64,000 bases of DNA from the NCBI GenBank assembly GCA_965228855.1, contig CBDDIJ010000003.1, forward strand, positions 544,001-608,000, in the 5' to 3' direction. The notes beneath the pieces were generated by a model. That model was not told the origin of the DNA and did no database searches. It saw only the letters and a list, made by a program, of their open reading frames with translations. How positions within the stretch are numbered: the first letter of the stretch is position 1; each line of letters starts with the position of its first letter. The stretch comes from Candidatus Obscuribacterales bacterium (GTDB lineage Bacteria; Cyanobacteriota; Vampirovibrionia; Obscuribacterales; Obscuribacteraceae). Below are positions 9,013 to 18,502 of the stretch, in pieces. The translations under genes and the position numbers were made by a program.

Positions 9013-9822
9013 AATGGCAGTGTAAACAGTTTGGGTGCGCAGGTGTTTAGGTTAATCGTTTTAGTAATTGCCCTGACGATATTCATACCCGCTCAGGCGT
9101 TGGCTCAGGCTGATGAGGGCGCTGAGGGACCGCCGGAAGGTGAATTCGGGAACTGGCCTTTTCCCGGCTCTGTTGACGAGCTGCCCGACGGTATGCGACC
9201 GGGGCAAGCTTACACAGGTTTTCCAAATAATTATCGGAAGAATGTGGATTGGATGTCGATTCCGGCATGGTTGGCTGGCGACTGGGCTTCGAAAGACCTG
9301 CGAATCATGAAAACTTACGATCATACCAACGGAACGTTGAAAACTATTCCGTCTTCGACAGTAGCACCCTTTGCGGACCACTTTGGTGACCAAACCGATC
9401 GGCAGGGCACCGTCTGGTCCTGCAACTTTACTCCATTTATTACGAACCTTCCTCTGGAGCAACTTACAGACTCTCAGTTGACTATTGGAATGAAACCGCT
9501 GGAGGTTCGAGAGGATGGTGTAGCTCTCTGGCAGCGCGTCCTGCACGTCTTGCTCACTCCCAACAACTCAATCCACGATTCTTATACGGAAGAGCGGGTA
9601 ACCGAGTTTTCCCCTCAAGGTCCTGCCATGGCGATGGCGCAAATCACCGCGCGCTTCTACAATCCCGCAGGCGATCCGATTTTTACTACGAACTCGATGC
9701 GAATAATGCGGAAGGTGAAACCCTATCAACCTCTTCAGCAGCGCAATGGTATCAATTTACCGATGTCGCTTAGCGAATATTTGCAATCTACTGGGCGTCC
9801 GGAACTTATGTTCGGCAACTGA
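8995..9822 (+). CDS. Secreted hypothetical protein, paralog of 15493..16299
   Basis: Signal-like N-terminus; shares W..IP.WLAG.W and FG.Q.D..GT(V/I)W with the 15.5-kb ORF. Confidence 0.7.
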   Translation: MRVLIHNGSVNSLGAQVFRLIVLVIALTIFIPAQALAQADEGAEGPPEGEFGNWPFPGSVDELPDGMRPGQAYTGFPNNYRKNVDWMSIPAWLAGDWASKDLRIMKTYDHTNGTLKTIPSSTVAPFADHFGDQTDRQGTVWSCNFTPFITNLPLEQLTDSQLTIGMKPLEVREDGVALWQRVLHVLLTPNNSIHDSYTEERVTEFSPQGPAMAMAQITARFYNPAGDPIFTTNSMRIMRKVKPYQPLQQRNGINLPMSLSEYLQSTGRPELMFGN

Positions 9823-9844
9823 TCTCCACACCAAATGCGGTGCG

Positions 9845-10231
9845 CTAGTTCCGCTTGAAGTTTCCGTAATGCTGAATTAATGCTTTCACTGCATCTTCTG
9901 TTTCCTTGCCCTCGGTCAGCTTTTCCACTTCCGCCTTATCACCGATTATTTCGATGGCTTTCCAGGCTTTTTCTCTAGCCTTGACTATTGGATGTGCCTT
10001 GTAGACAAAAAACAGTGGTGGAATTGCCATCGGGTTTTTCTCTTTAGCAAGCTGCTCAATAGATGTGACTACTGCTTCGTAGTCTTCATGCTTCAGACCA
10101 TTCACGAGTAGTTTGAATGTGAATGAATCAAACTTTGACTTCAGTGATTGCGCCGTTCCTTGAATCAGATCGGTTATCGACTGGAAGCTGCTTTGATAGT
10201 CGCTCATTTTTTTGCCGCGCTCCGTGCACAC
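9845..10231 (-). CDS. Small helical (HEAT-like) hypothetical protein
   Basis: ORF fills the gap; helical pattern IEQLAKEKNPMAIPPL..AREKAWKAIEIIG; probable start MSDYQ. Confidence 0.6.
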   Translation of the reverse strand: MCTERGKKMSDYQSSFQSITDLIQGTAQSLKSKFDSFTFKLLVNGLKHEDYEAVVTSIEQLAKEKNPMAIPPLFFVYKAHPIVKAREKAWKAIEIIGDKAEVEKLTEGKETEDAVKALIQHYGNFKRN

Positions 10232-10291
10232 ACAATACGGCTATGATACATTGTTTTTGTCTGCGATCCGGATCCGGACGGAGAAGTCCTG

Positions 10292-13144
10292 TTGGGCGAA
10301 ATCAAAATTTCAGGATTCCAGCGTTCATTCGCGCTCGCTATGTCGTTTTTCATAGCAAGCACTGTTGTGTCGCCGAAGCAAGAGTCTAGTTGGAAACTTC
10401 TGGCGCCGGCCATTGCGGCTGAAAGCAAATGGTCTATAGAAAACGTTCTGAAGGCGAAAGACATCGAGATTGATGCGCAAAATAAAGTAGTGGCGGACAT
10501 CTGCACCTCGGCAGTGGACCGTGAATTCGCAGAGATGGAATTGAACCGAGGCGACTATGCGGACGCCGTTAAAACTTCGCAGGCTGTAATCAAGGATTTG
10601 CGTAAATACCTGAAACCGGATGATGTTCGCATTCAGTCTGCACGCTTACTATTGTCGGAGGCTTATTTAAAATCGAAAAACAGAAACGGCTGTTTGAAAC
10701 AGTTGAGATCCGTTCTGTTGCAGCAGCTCGCTGCCGACGAACTCCGCGAATCGAAAATTCGCAGCGGCATGTCCTCGAACGAATTAAAGGAGGATGGCGT
10801 TGAAACGTCCACACAGTTTGAGGAGCGCTATCAGAGACTTAGTCGGGATGCCGTGTTGAGACCCGCATCAGAGGCTCTTCGTCGGGCGGAACAGCTATTT
10901 TGGGAAAACCGACTGGCGGATGCTTTGCGGTTAACGAGAATCGGTTTATCCTTTGATACTGGTACCATATGTGGTGATAGAGCGAAGTTTCTTCAGGCTT
11001 TGATTTACTTTGGGCTGGGCGATCGCGCTGCTCTTGAAAGTGCGCGTCGAAGGCTGGGGGAAGGTTCGTCGATTGCAGCGGCGTCCCGTACCTATATAAA
11101 GGAACCGCAACCTTCTCTCAAAGAGGCGGAGGGTAGAGAAACCTTTGTTGATGGTTTGATTGAGGAACTGGATGGAAATCACTCTGCTGCGTTGAAACAT
11201 TATGAAACCGCCATCGAGGCAATGAAGGAAGCGGAGCCAGGATTGGACGCGTTGATGTTTCGCATCTACAAGGGTAATGCTCTACTGAATAATGGGGAAC
11301 CGGTCGCTGCCTATCGTGATTTGAACCATGTATTCGAAACCGCTCGCCGACTTGTCGAAGGTCGAGAGCAAGGCTTACTTTTGGGGAAATTATCTCAGGT
11401 CGCGCTGATGGAGATGTATCGAACACTTCTTGTCAGAATGACGTATGAAAGTACGCCGTCTAAATCGCACAACACCGACATGCATGACGCGAAGGCTTTG
11501 AGCAATTGTCTTGAACGAAATATGCTCAATGGAAGCGCACGAATAGCCGTTCGTCCTTTCGAAGAAAATTACCAGGAATTCGCCGATGCACTTTATCATG
11601 TCGGATATCAGTTCAAAACCAGCCACCGCCAGGCGCTAGCTCAACGATGCTTCTGGGGTAACGTCTCCGTGATCGAGACGCATGTACCGGAGTATAAACG
11701 CCAGTTGGGCGGCACTTTGTATGACCTGGCCGAATCGTATTTCTGGTCAGAGCAGTATGACATCGCTATCGAAGTATTTCTTCGATGTATCGAAGTTCGA
11801 CGGGAAATCGACCCTGATTCGCTCGATTACATCATGACGTTAAACACCCTCGGACGAGTTTACCTGGCAAAGGGTGATGAGCTTGAGGCGATCGACTGCA
11901 TCAATTCAGCGCTGCACCGACTGCTTCACCACGAGGACCTCCAGTCCACAAGAATATCGAGGATGGTTGCCGATTTGCGGCGGAGTTTTAAACCAGGAGA
12001 GCAAGACGGGCGCCCCGCACCAGACTCAGTGGCATCGGGAGATCGCCACATTGAGCAGATAAGCGCTCTTCCTCTTCCCGAGCAGCTTGACTCGATACGC
12101 AAATCCCGGTCGGCTGCCAACCCCGACACTTACTCGCAAATCGACGACCTGTGGCAAGTGCTGGCTGACTCCTACAGCCGTCATAAAAACTACGACGAGG
12201 CTGTGGAGGTTTCGAAACGCTTACTGGAATTGCGACAGTCGGCAAAAGTAAAATCGCAGTCTGAAATTCTCGGGAGTTTGTGGCAGCTTGCCTACATCTG
12301 TGGAGTATCCAACCGGCACAAGGATGCTGACGAATATTACACACAACTGCTTGAGAAGTTTGGAGACAATAATAATCCTCGCTGGAGAGCATTATGGCTT
12401 TACTCCAGAGGTGTTGTTCTTGATTCGCTTGGACTGCCCGAGCGTGCTGCTAGTGACTTTCGTAAATCAATTGTCGAATACAAAAAATATTTGAAAACCC
12501 TCGACAAGGTAAATGATAAAGAGTCAGTTGATCAAACCGGTTGGATGATCGCTGACCTCGAACAGGAATTGAAAGCCAAGCGGCTCTGCCGGCCTGATGC
12601 TAACGACTACCTGAAAGGCTATGCAACTTGTTATTGGGATAAGAGACGGTTTCCTCTGAAAGTCTATATTGATGATTCTAAAGAGCGTGGTTTCGGACCT
12701 AAGCTTTTTGCGCTTGTCAAAAAGGCTGTTGATGACTGGGCTGAGACGCCCGGGATGGAGGACAAAATTAAATTTGTCGATGACCGAGAAGACGCGGATA
12801 TTTATTTGGAGCGAGTGAGCAATTACGATGCGATCCCGTATGGGTCCGGTGGTGGCGCTTCTGCGAGCTTCGTTTGGCGTGGCAAAAAACTTACGAAGGA
12901 AATCGACAGAGTGCACTTGCGCATGTATTGCGCTGAGCACGATTTGGATAAAATGTCTAAACATGCGGTTTTGCAGCTATACACGCTGGCTCTGCACGAG
13001 TTCGGGCACGGGTTGGGCTTGGGACATTCGCCCTCCGGACTCGACGTCATGTATTGGAAATCTGCTATAGATAGATTATCGAGCCGTGATCGCGCCTCTG
13101 TCCGGGGAATCTATGGTTTTCAAGAGGAAAGGCGCGGCCGATGA
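10292..13144 (+). CDS. TPR-repeat protein with C-terminal matrixin (M10-like) metalloprotease domain
   Basis: TPR-like repeats (TLYDLAESY, TLNTLGRVY); HEFGHGLGLGHS zinc motif and DVMY Met-turn. Confidence 0.9.
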   Translation: MGEIKISGFQRSFALAMSFFIASTVVSPKQESSWKLLAPAIAAESKWSIENVLKAKDIEIDAQNKVVADICTSAVDREFAEMELNRGDYADAVKTSQAVIKDLRKYLKPDDVRIQSARLLLSEAYLKSKNRNGCLKQLRSVLLQQLAADELRESKIRSGMSSNELKEDGVETSTQFEERYQRLSRDAVLRPASEALRRAEQLFWENRLADALRLTRIGLSFDTGTICGDRAKFLQALIYFGLGDRAALESARRRLGEGSSIAAASRTYIKEPQPSLKEAEGRETFVDGLIEELDGNHSAALKHYETAIEAMKEAEPGLDALMFRIYKGNALLNNGEPVAAYRDLNHVFETARRLVEGREQGLLLGKLSQVALMEMYRTLLVRMTYESTPSKSHNTDMHDAKALSNCLERNMLNGSARIAVRPFEENYQEFADALYHVGYQFKTSHRQALAQRCFWGNVSVIETHVPEYKRQLGGTLYDLAESYFWSEQYDIAIEVFLRCIEVRREIDPDSLDYIMTLNTLGRVYLAKGDELEAIDCINSALHRLLHHEDLQSTRISRMVADLRRSFKPGEQDGRPAPDSVASGDRHIEQISALPLPEQLDSIRKSRSAANPDTYSQIDDLWQVLADSYSRHKNYDEAVEVSKRLLELRQSAKVKSQSEILGSLWQLAYICGVSNRHKDADEYYTQLLEKFGDNNNPRWRALWLYSRGVVLDSLGLPERAASDFRKSIVEYKKYLKTLDKVNDKESVDQTGWMIADLEQELKAKRLCRPDANDYLKGYATCYWDKRRFPLKVYIDDSKERGFGPKLFALVKKAVDDWAETPGMEDKIKFVDDREDADIYLERVSNYDAIPYGSGGGASASFVWRGKKLTKEIDRVHLRMYCAEHDLDKMSKHAVLQLYTLALHEFGHGLGLGHSPSGLDVMYWKSAIDRLSSRDRASVRGIYGFQEERRGR

Positions 13145-13238
13145 GGGTTTCCAAGCGTTTAGCCCGTTTCGAGTCGGGTAAATAGGAAATACGGGAGTGG
13201 AGGGTCCGCTAGGACCTGGTCGAGCGCACAAAGCGCGC

Positions 13239-13268
13239 CGACGATCGTTGCAAACGGTCGTTGTTTTT
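13239..13268 (+). terminator. Intrinsic terminator-like hairpin
   Basis: cgacgatcgtt-gca-aacggtcgttg (11 bp, 2 G-U) followed by ttttt. Confidence 0.55.
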
Positions 13269-13291
13269 CTGCCGACTTTTTTTGGAGGAGC

Positions 13292-14590
13292 GTGATGATG
13301 AGCCGGTTTCGTAAGCCGTTGACCTGGGTTGTAGCTCAGTCAATACTTGCACTATCGCTGCCGCTGGCAGCACTGGCAGCTCCATCTGAGGACATGACCT
13401 CTAATGGATTTGAATTGCCGATTAACGATGTCCTTCTGGTCGATGAGACGAGAACCGCATCAGCCGAAGCTTCAACTTCAACCTTCGCGTCGCCGCTGGC
13501 GTCGCCTTCGACGCCTGTTGAAACATTGCCGCAAGCGGCACCACAGGCAGTGACACCTATTAATAATACAGATGAACCGGAAATGGTTGGCGCTCTTGAA
13601 TCAGCCAAGGCCCGCGCTATTGCTCAAAAGGTAGACAGCGAGCCGGGAGCGGTTCTCGAAATCGAAGATATCGTATCGAAGAATGAATTGTCACCTCCTC
13701 TCATGGGCGGTGTCGAATCGAATAACGTTGATCAGGAAGTTATCGTTATCGACAATGATGAGTTTCAACTCGCCGGAACTGATGAAGTCTGGCAGGAACT
13801 CAAAGACGAGCCTGGCATGACAAAAATCAGCGCCGGCGCTCAATTCCCTGTGGTAGTTGTCTCTTCACTGAACAGCAAACATAATCAAATTGGCGACCCG
13901 CTCGAAGCTCGTTTGAAAACCGACATCAAAATCGGCGGAAAACTGATTGCGAAGAAGGGCGACAGAGTTGTTGGCCACGTGTCCAGCTGTAGCAAAGCTA
14001 GAAAGATGCTTCACGCCGAAATGTCGACGAAGCGTTGGATGAGAGCGAATGGCGCTATCGGTCTGCAGTTCGATGAGATTGTAACCGAGAGCGGCGAGCA
14101 TCTTCCGCTCGTAGCTAAGCCGGCTAAGCGCGCCAGAATTGTGAAAAACATCAACGAGGGTCGTGTCCTCGGCGTCAACGACAATGGGGAAGTAGCCAGC
14201 CCGCTATCGACTCAGCTTAAACACCAGGCTGCTCACCTCGCTATCCGTGCGGCTGCATCTGCCGGTGGAGCGTTCAGCTTCGGTATCGTGCCTGCTGCTT
14301 ATGGTATCGTCGGTGCTATCAACCCGTCGTTTGCATTCCTGCATCCGGTCGGTAAAAATGTGCCGCACAGAAGACTCAAAGGGTTTGCGATGGGTGTCGT
14401 CTCCGGTCTTCCGGGTGGCTTCCTGATCGCTGACTCAATAATCAGAGGAGTCGACGCTGAAATCAAACCGGGCGATGAATTCCTCGCTCAGTTCCATCAA
14501 GACTTTACCGGCGAAGCCTCCACATCGGCTAGCATCATTCCGGGCGCGTCCCAGAAAGTACACGGCGAAGTCGTGAATCCGAAAAAATAA
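13292..14590 (+). CDS. Secreted protein with TrbI/VirB10-like beta domain
   Basis: GGAGG RBS, signal peptide, acidic/Pro linker, then GAQFPVVV..LNS....GDPLEARL..DI.IGGKLIA.KG.RVVGHV and IKPGDEF closing strand. Confidence 0.6.
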   Translation: MMMSRFRKPLTWVVAQSILALSLPLAALAAPSEDMTSNGFELPINDVLLVDETRTASAEASTSTFASPLASPSTPVETLPQAAPQAVTPINNTDEPEMVGALESAKARAIAQKVDSEPGAVLEIEDIVSKNELSPPLMGGVESNNVDQEVIVIDNDEFQLAGTDEVWQELKDEPGMTKISAGAQFPVVVVSSLNSKHNQIGDPLEARLKTDIKIGGKLIAKKGDRVVGHVSSCSKARKMLHAEMSTKRWMRANGAIGLQFDEIVTESGEHLPLVAKPAKRARIVKNINEGRVLGVNDNGEVASPLSTQLKHQAAHLAIRAAASAGGAFSFGIVPAAYGIVGAINPSFAFLHPVGKNVPHRRLKGFAMGVVSGLPGGFLIADSIIRGVDAEIKPGDEFLAQFHQDFTGEASTSASIIPGASQKVHGEVVNPKK

Positions 14591-14627
14591 TAACCTTCGG
14601 AAACCTCAACAGATTTGTGTTTGTTTG

Positions 14628-14653
14628 AAGCCCCTTCTCCGGAAGGGGCTTTT
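14628..14653 (+). terminator. Intrinsic terminator
   Basis: aagccccttc-tccg-gaaggggctt followed by tt, 38 nt after the stop at 14590. Confidence 0.8.
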
Positions 14654-14767
14654 GACCTTTCCGCCCTAAATGCTGCTAATTTCGTTACGCTTGCGGTTGG
14701 CTAGAATAGCTGAAGTTATGAGAGGACGCGCCTGAATAGGGCGTCCAAGAGTCACGGGAGCTATTCC

Positions 14768-15448
14768 ATGAGTTTGAAAGAAGACGGGCACGAGGCGGCG
14801 AACCATCCAAATCCGATTGACCGAAACCGTTCGATTGTTTGGGCCCGCTACCATGTTGATAGCAGCGAATGGGCACTTCTATCAGCCAAAGTGACTAGGC
14901 ATGACGGGCGCATCTCGCTGGCGACCATCGCCCTTGTAGACAACCACGGACGCGAGCTCCTCGAGGAGATGATCAAAGCATCGGATGTGGTGCCAAGCGA
15001 GGAGATTGCGCAACATGGTGTCGACCAGTCCGTAGTTTTTAACGCAAAAAGCTTTGAAGATGTTATGCGCAAGCTCGTGGACCGCATCGGCGAGAGAACG
15101 CTTGTAGCCTGGGATATGAAGGTCGTACAGGGAATCATGGATGAACTATGCGCGATGAACAATATGCCGCAGGTAGAGTGGCGGGGCGAAAGTGCGTGCA
15201 AAGAGCTCGCTCGCTTTACAGGTGAGACTCAAGACGTGAAGCTGGGCTACAACCCGCAGCCTCTCAAACTGGTTGGTATCAGTGCGGCAGACGAGTGCAA
15301 ATCTGTTTTGAAAGTCATCAATGAGATAGCGGCAAGCAGCCAGGCTTCTGATTCTTTAGTCGATGGCAAACCTGGCTGGACAGCTGAATTCTATCGACCG
15401 AAGGTCGGTGCTAAGGAGAAGCTCAAAGGTTTGTTCGGATTGCACTGA
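14768..15448 (+). CDS. DnaQ/DEDDh exonuclease-fold protein with degenerate catalytic motifs
   Basis: IALVD..GRELLEEMIK....P.E....HGVD...V.NA.SFEDV...L...IG.RTLVAW follows the DnaQ-like pattern; ExoI/II/III residues not found. Confidence 0.65.
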   Translation: MSLKEDGHEAANHPNPIDRNRSIVWARYHVDSSEWALLSAKVTRHDGRISLATIALVDNHGRELLEEMIKASDVVPSEEIAQHGVDQSVVFNAKSFEDVMRKLVDRIGERTLVAWDMKVVQGIMDELCAMNNMPQVEWRGESACKELARFTGETQDVKLGYNPQPLKLVGISAADECKSVLKVINEIAASSQASDSLVDGKPGWTAEFYRPKVGAKEKLKGLFGLH

Positions 15449-15492
15449 AAATCTGTTTTGGAAAACAAAATACGGTGCCATTGCGAAACAAA

Positions 15493-16299
15493 CTAATTTT
15501 GAGAGGCTTCCTGCGTACTGGGAAGGCGGTCGAACATTTTGTTCTCGGTTAGAAACTCGTTTAACGAACTAACTAGATTGACTCCGTTTAGCTCCGCCAC
15601 TGGTTGGAATTCGGACAGTTTCGTGCGTTCAGCATTTGAGAACGATTGGAGTATGGGCTTTCCGTTTTCATCAAACGTCTTAGTGCTACTGGTGGTGGCA
15701 ATTAATCCTTCATTGTCCGGGCGAAACGTTACGATTTCCTCTTGCTGAGTGGTTGTCTGAATCTTGCTGTAAACCGGATCGAGGCGGAAGACATTGCTGT
15801 GAAATCGCAGTACGACCGAACCCGGATTGGACTGCAAACAGCTCATATCCATTACATAACGCCTGTCAGTGCTATCGCCTCTGTTTCCATCCGCTCGGAA
15901 AGGCAGAATTTCAGCGTGCCAAATTGTTCCTTTCACATCGCGCTGATGACCAAATGCAAGTCGAACTTTGTTGTTCAACCACATTGGATTGCGCATCTCC
16001 TGACCTGTGCGAAAGTCTTTGACATAGGTTTCCATATCGCCATTCTTCATCCACGCTCCAGCCAGCCAATCAGGAACTGGAAACCACGCAACCCGGGTAG
16101 TGTTACTGGGGGCGGCGAAGGTCGCGCCGGCACGAAAATTTTGAGAAACCGGAGGAAGGTATTCTTTGTGTTCGACGCTTCCCTGGATGACGTACGCGTT
16201 GAGCGGCGATGCGCTGAGTAAACCGATTGCGGCGGCCGCTACAAGCAGTTTCAAGCCGTGAGGTGCTTTGATCTTCATACTTCTGTGTCCACCTTGCAT
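15493..16299 (-). CDS. Secreted hypothetical protein, paralog of 8995..9822
   Basis: Signal peptide; WFPVPDWLAGAW and FGHQRDVKGTIW motifs. Confidence 0.7.
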   Translation of the reverse strand: MQGGHRSMKIKAPHGLKLLVAAAAIGLLSASPLNAYVIQGSVEHKEYLPPVSQNFRAGATFAAPSNTTRVAWFPVPDWLAGAWMKNGDMETYVKDFRTGQEMRNPMWLNNKVRLAFGHQRDVKGTIWHAEILPFRADGNRGDSTDRRYVMDMSCLQSNPGSVVLRFHSNVFRLDPVYSKIQTTTQQEEIVTFRPDNEGLIATTSSTKTFDENGKPILQSFSNAERTKLSEFQPVAELNGVNLVSSLNEFLTENKMFDRLPSTQEASQN

Positions 16300-17178
16300 C
16301 TATGAAACGTCTCGAATCTTCTTGAGCGTTCTGATGATTTTGTCAGGCTGGGTGGCATTCGAGATCGTGATGAAAATCCCTTCGCCAAAGTTTGCCACGA
16401 AGACGGCGCCCATCTCGGTATACAGGATGATTTGCTGCAGGCGCTCGTTGCCTATGCCTTCAAGCATTGCTTCGGTTCCCATGTAAATCGACAATGCGAG
16501 GACCGCGAGATTTTCGGAATTCAGTTCATCAGGTAACGACCCGGCGACCATCAGACCATCACTGCCGATAATCGCCCATCCTACGACTTCCTCGTGACGA
16601 GTGATCTCATTTAGAATTCCACGAAGGTCTTCCAGCGCCTTTATGGTCAGAATCCGAAGACCCAATTCCGAGGGCGCCGCGGCGGTCATGGCGCGAAGCA
16701 TCTCAAGTTCTCGGTCGTCGAGAATGAATCGTCCGATGTTGCAAATTAAGCCTGGAGTGTTTGGATCTATTTCCGGATTCGGATTCAGACGTCCGGTCGC
16801 TCCGACGGCTTTGGGTGGAATTGGTTGGATGTTTGGTTGTGATGGGTCAGGCTGTGCCCCGTGAGTGGGTTGTTGACTCTGGAGACCCGATGCCATGTGT
16901 TGACCAGGCGCGAGTGCTGACGATGTTGCGGGATTATGTTGAAGCTGAGTCAGTTGCTCCTCCAGATCGGAGTGCAGTGGTTCCAGATACGGAGGTGCCT
17001 GGTCGAACGGAGACGGTGTCGCGGCCATCAGCTGAATACGACGCTGTTCGAGGTAATGGAGAGTCATCTGGTTGAGCCCGCGAAAGAATTCAGCACACGA
17101 ATCACACTTCGAAATGTGACTATCCATCACGTCTTCGAACCACTGTCGGATAATGGTTTGGTAATCGCTGCAGCTCAT
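16300..17178 (-). CDS. Roadblock/LC7 (MglB-like) domain protein with N-terminal HxxxCxxC zinc finger
   Basis: C-terminal VVGWAIIGSDGLMVAGSLP....E.LAVLA....G...LQQIILYTEMG; N-terminal C-x17-HISKCDSC. Confidence 0.8.
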   Translation of the reverse strand: MSCSDYQTIIRQWFEDVMDSHISKCDSCAEFFRGLNQMTLHYLEQRRIQLMAATPSPFDQAPPYLEPLHSDLEEQLTQLQHNPATSSALAPGQHMASGLQSQQPTHGAQPDPSQPNIQPIPPKAVGATGRLNPNPEIDPNTPGLICNIGRFILDDRELEMLRAMTAAAPSELGLRILTIKALEDLRGILNEITRHEEVVGWAIIGSDGLMVAGSLPDELNSENLAVLALSIYMGTEAMLEGIGNERLQQIILYTEMGAVFVANFGEGIFITISNATQPDKIIRTLKKIRDVS

Positions 17179-17463
17179 GAAGTCCTTTATCCCCGATCTG
17201 CCTTATTTTAACCGACTTCTATCCTCCTTTCGAGGGGGCACCTGAGAGTGATTCAGGACACCGCTCCAGTGTGGTAGAAAGTTACCAGGGAGTCTTGTTT
17301 CGCTTCCCTTGCGAGCGATGGGTCGCTGGCGATACAGTAGTAAAGAGATGCATCGACAATTTGTCGGTTTGCTAGGCGTAGATCTCGTGTTAGCCTGAAG
17401 GGCCTGGTTCGGTTAAAACGAAGCCTTTCTCGTTACGGTTGCACCGCTGGCGGTGGTAGATTC

Positions 17464-18456
17464 ATGCAAATAGGATTTTGTCATAAAGCGAAGGACAGCT
17501 TTTTGTCGGCGTACATCTTTGCTGCATCACTTTCTCTATTCACTTCACCCGCCACGGCTGGAACGTCCTCGATGCCTACTCCTGGTCTCAGGTCACCTGC
17601 GATCAAAACACCGGCGCTAAAACCTCCAACGCAAAGACCGAAATCGCTGCGGGGAAGCATCAGGAAAACAACCAGGAAAGCTGTCTCCCAAACACACAAG
17701 AAATCCTCTACCGTCAAAACCGACGAAAATAAAAACAGGAAACCGGTAGGCGCGCTTAAAAACGTTTCCGGAAGCGAAGATGAGCCTTCGGAGGCGGCGG
17801 ATACGGAACCAGAGTTTATCGAGACTGTGCCAAATCCGGACGGAAACAGGGTTAACTCACTTTTCCCCCATGCTTCCACCGCGAAGATGATAGAGGATAA
17901 GTCGTTCAGGCTAATGGTCACCATCGATGGTACCAAGTTTAAACTGGAGGGCGGAAATTCAATGAAACTTGAATCCGGTAGTGTTCTCGTCTCGCCCAGT
18001 CATAAAATCAAGGTGGCGACTCCTTCTTGCTGGATCGAACTTCAGGAAGGGAGCGCGGTTTCGATCGATGCTACTGAGGACACTACATACGTTCGCGACT
18101 TCCATGATCGCTGGAAAGGTCACGTCGTCGTTCACGTTAACGATAAAGATATTAATCTTATGCCGGGTGCAGAACTAATTGTCACCAAAGAAACAGACCC
18201 TGATAAAGCCTGGCAGAAAGCCGTTCGTCACCACATCCGAAGACGCGGGTTGGCAGAATATAAAATCGGAGTCGAGAACGTCACCGTTTTTCGCGGTGAT
18301 TTTTCGATACCGGATGCGATGCTAAAAAGTCGCCACTTTCTATATCTCAAAGAACATCCCGATGCTCATGCCCGCTCAGTTCTGGATGAAATAACCAAAA
18401 CGGCGGCCTTGCTGCATATTACCGATCACAGCGGTCCATACACGCTGTTGAGATAG
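17464..18456 (+). CDS. Secreted protein with FecR-like beta domain
   Basis: Signal peptide, Pro/Lys-rich linker, LESGSVLV....IKVATP...I.....AVSID....LMPGAELIV pattern. Confidence 0.5.
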   Translation: MQIGFCHKAKDSFLSAYIFAASLSLFTSPATAGTSSMPTPGLRSPAIKTPALKPPTQRPKSLRGSIRKTTRKAVSQTHKKSSTVKTDENKNRKPVGALKNVSGSEDEPSEAADTEPEFIETVPNPDGNRVNSLFPHASTAKMIEDKSFRLMVTIDGTKFKLEGGNSMKLESGSVLVSPSHKIKVATPSCWIELQEGSAVSIDATEDTTYVRDFHDRWKGHVVVHVNDKDINLMPGAELIVTKETDPDKAWQKAVRHHIRRRGLAEYKIGVENVTVFRGDFSIPDAMLKSRHFLYLKEHPDAHARSVLDEITKTAALLHITDHSGPYTLLR

Positions 18457-18502
18457 CGTTTCCCAACGGCGTTTGTAATGCGAAGTTTCCTGCTATGACG
18501 CC

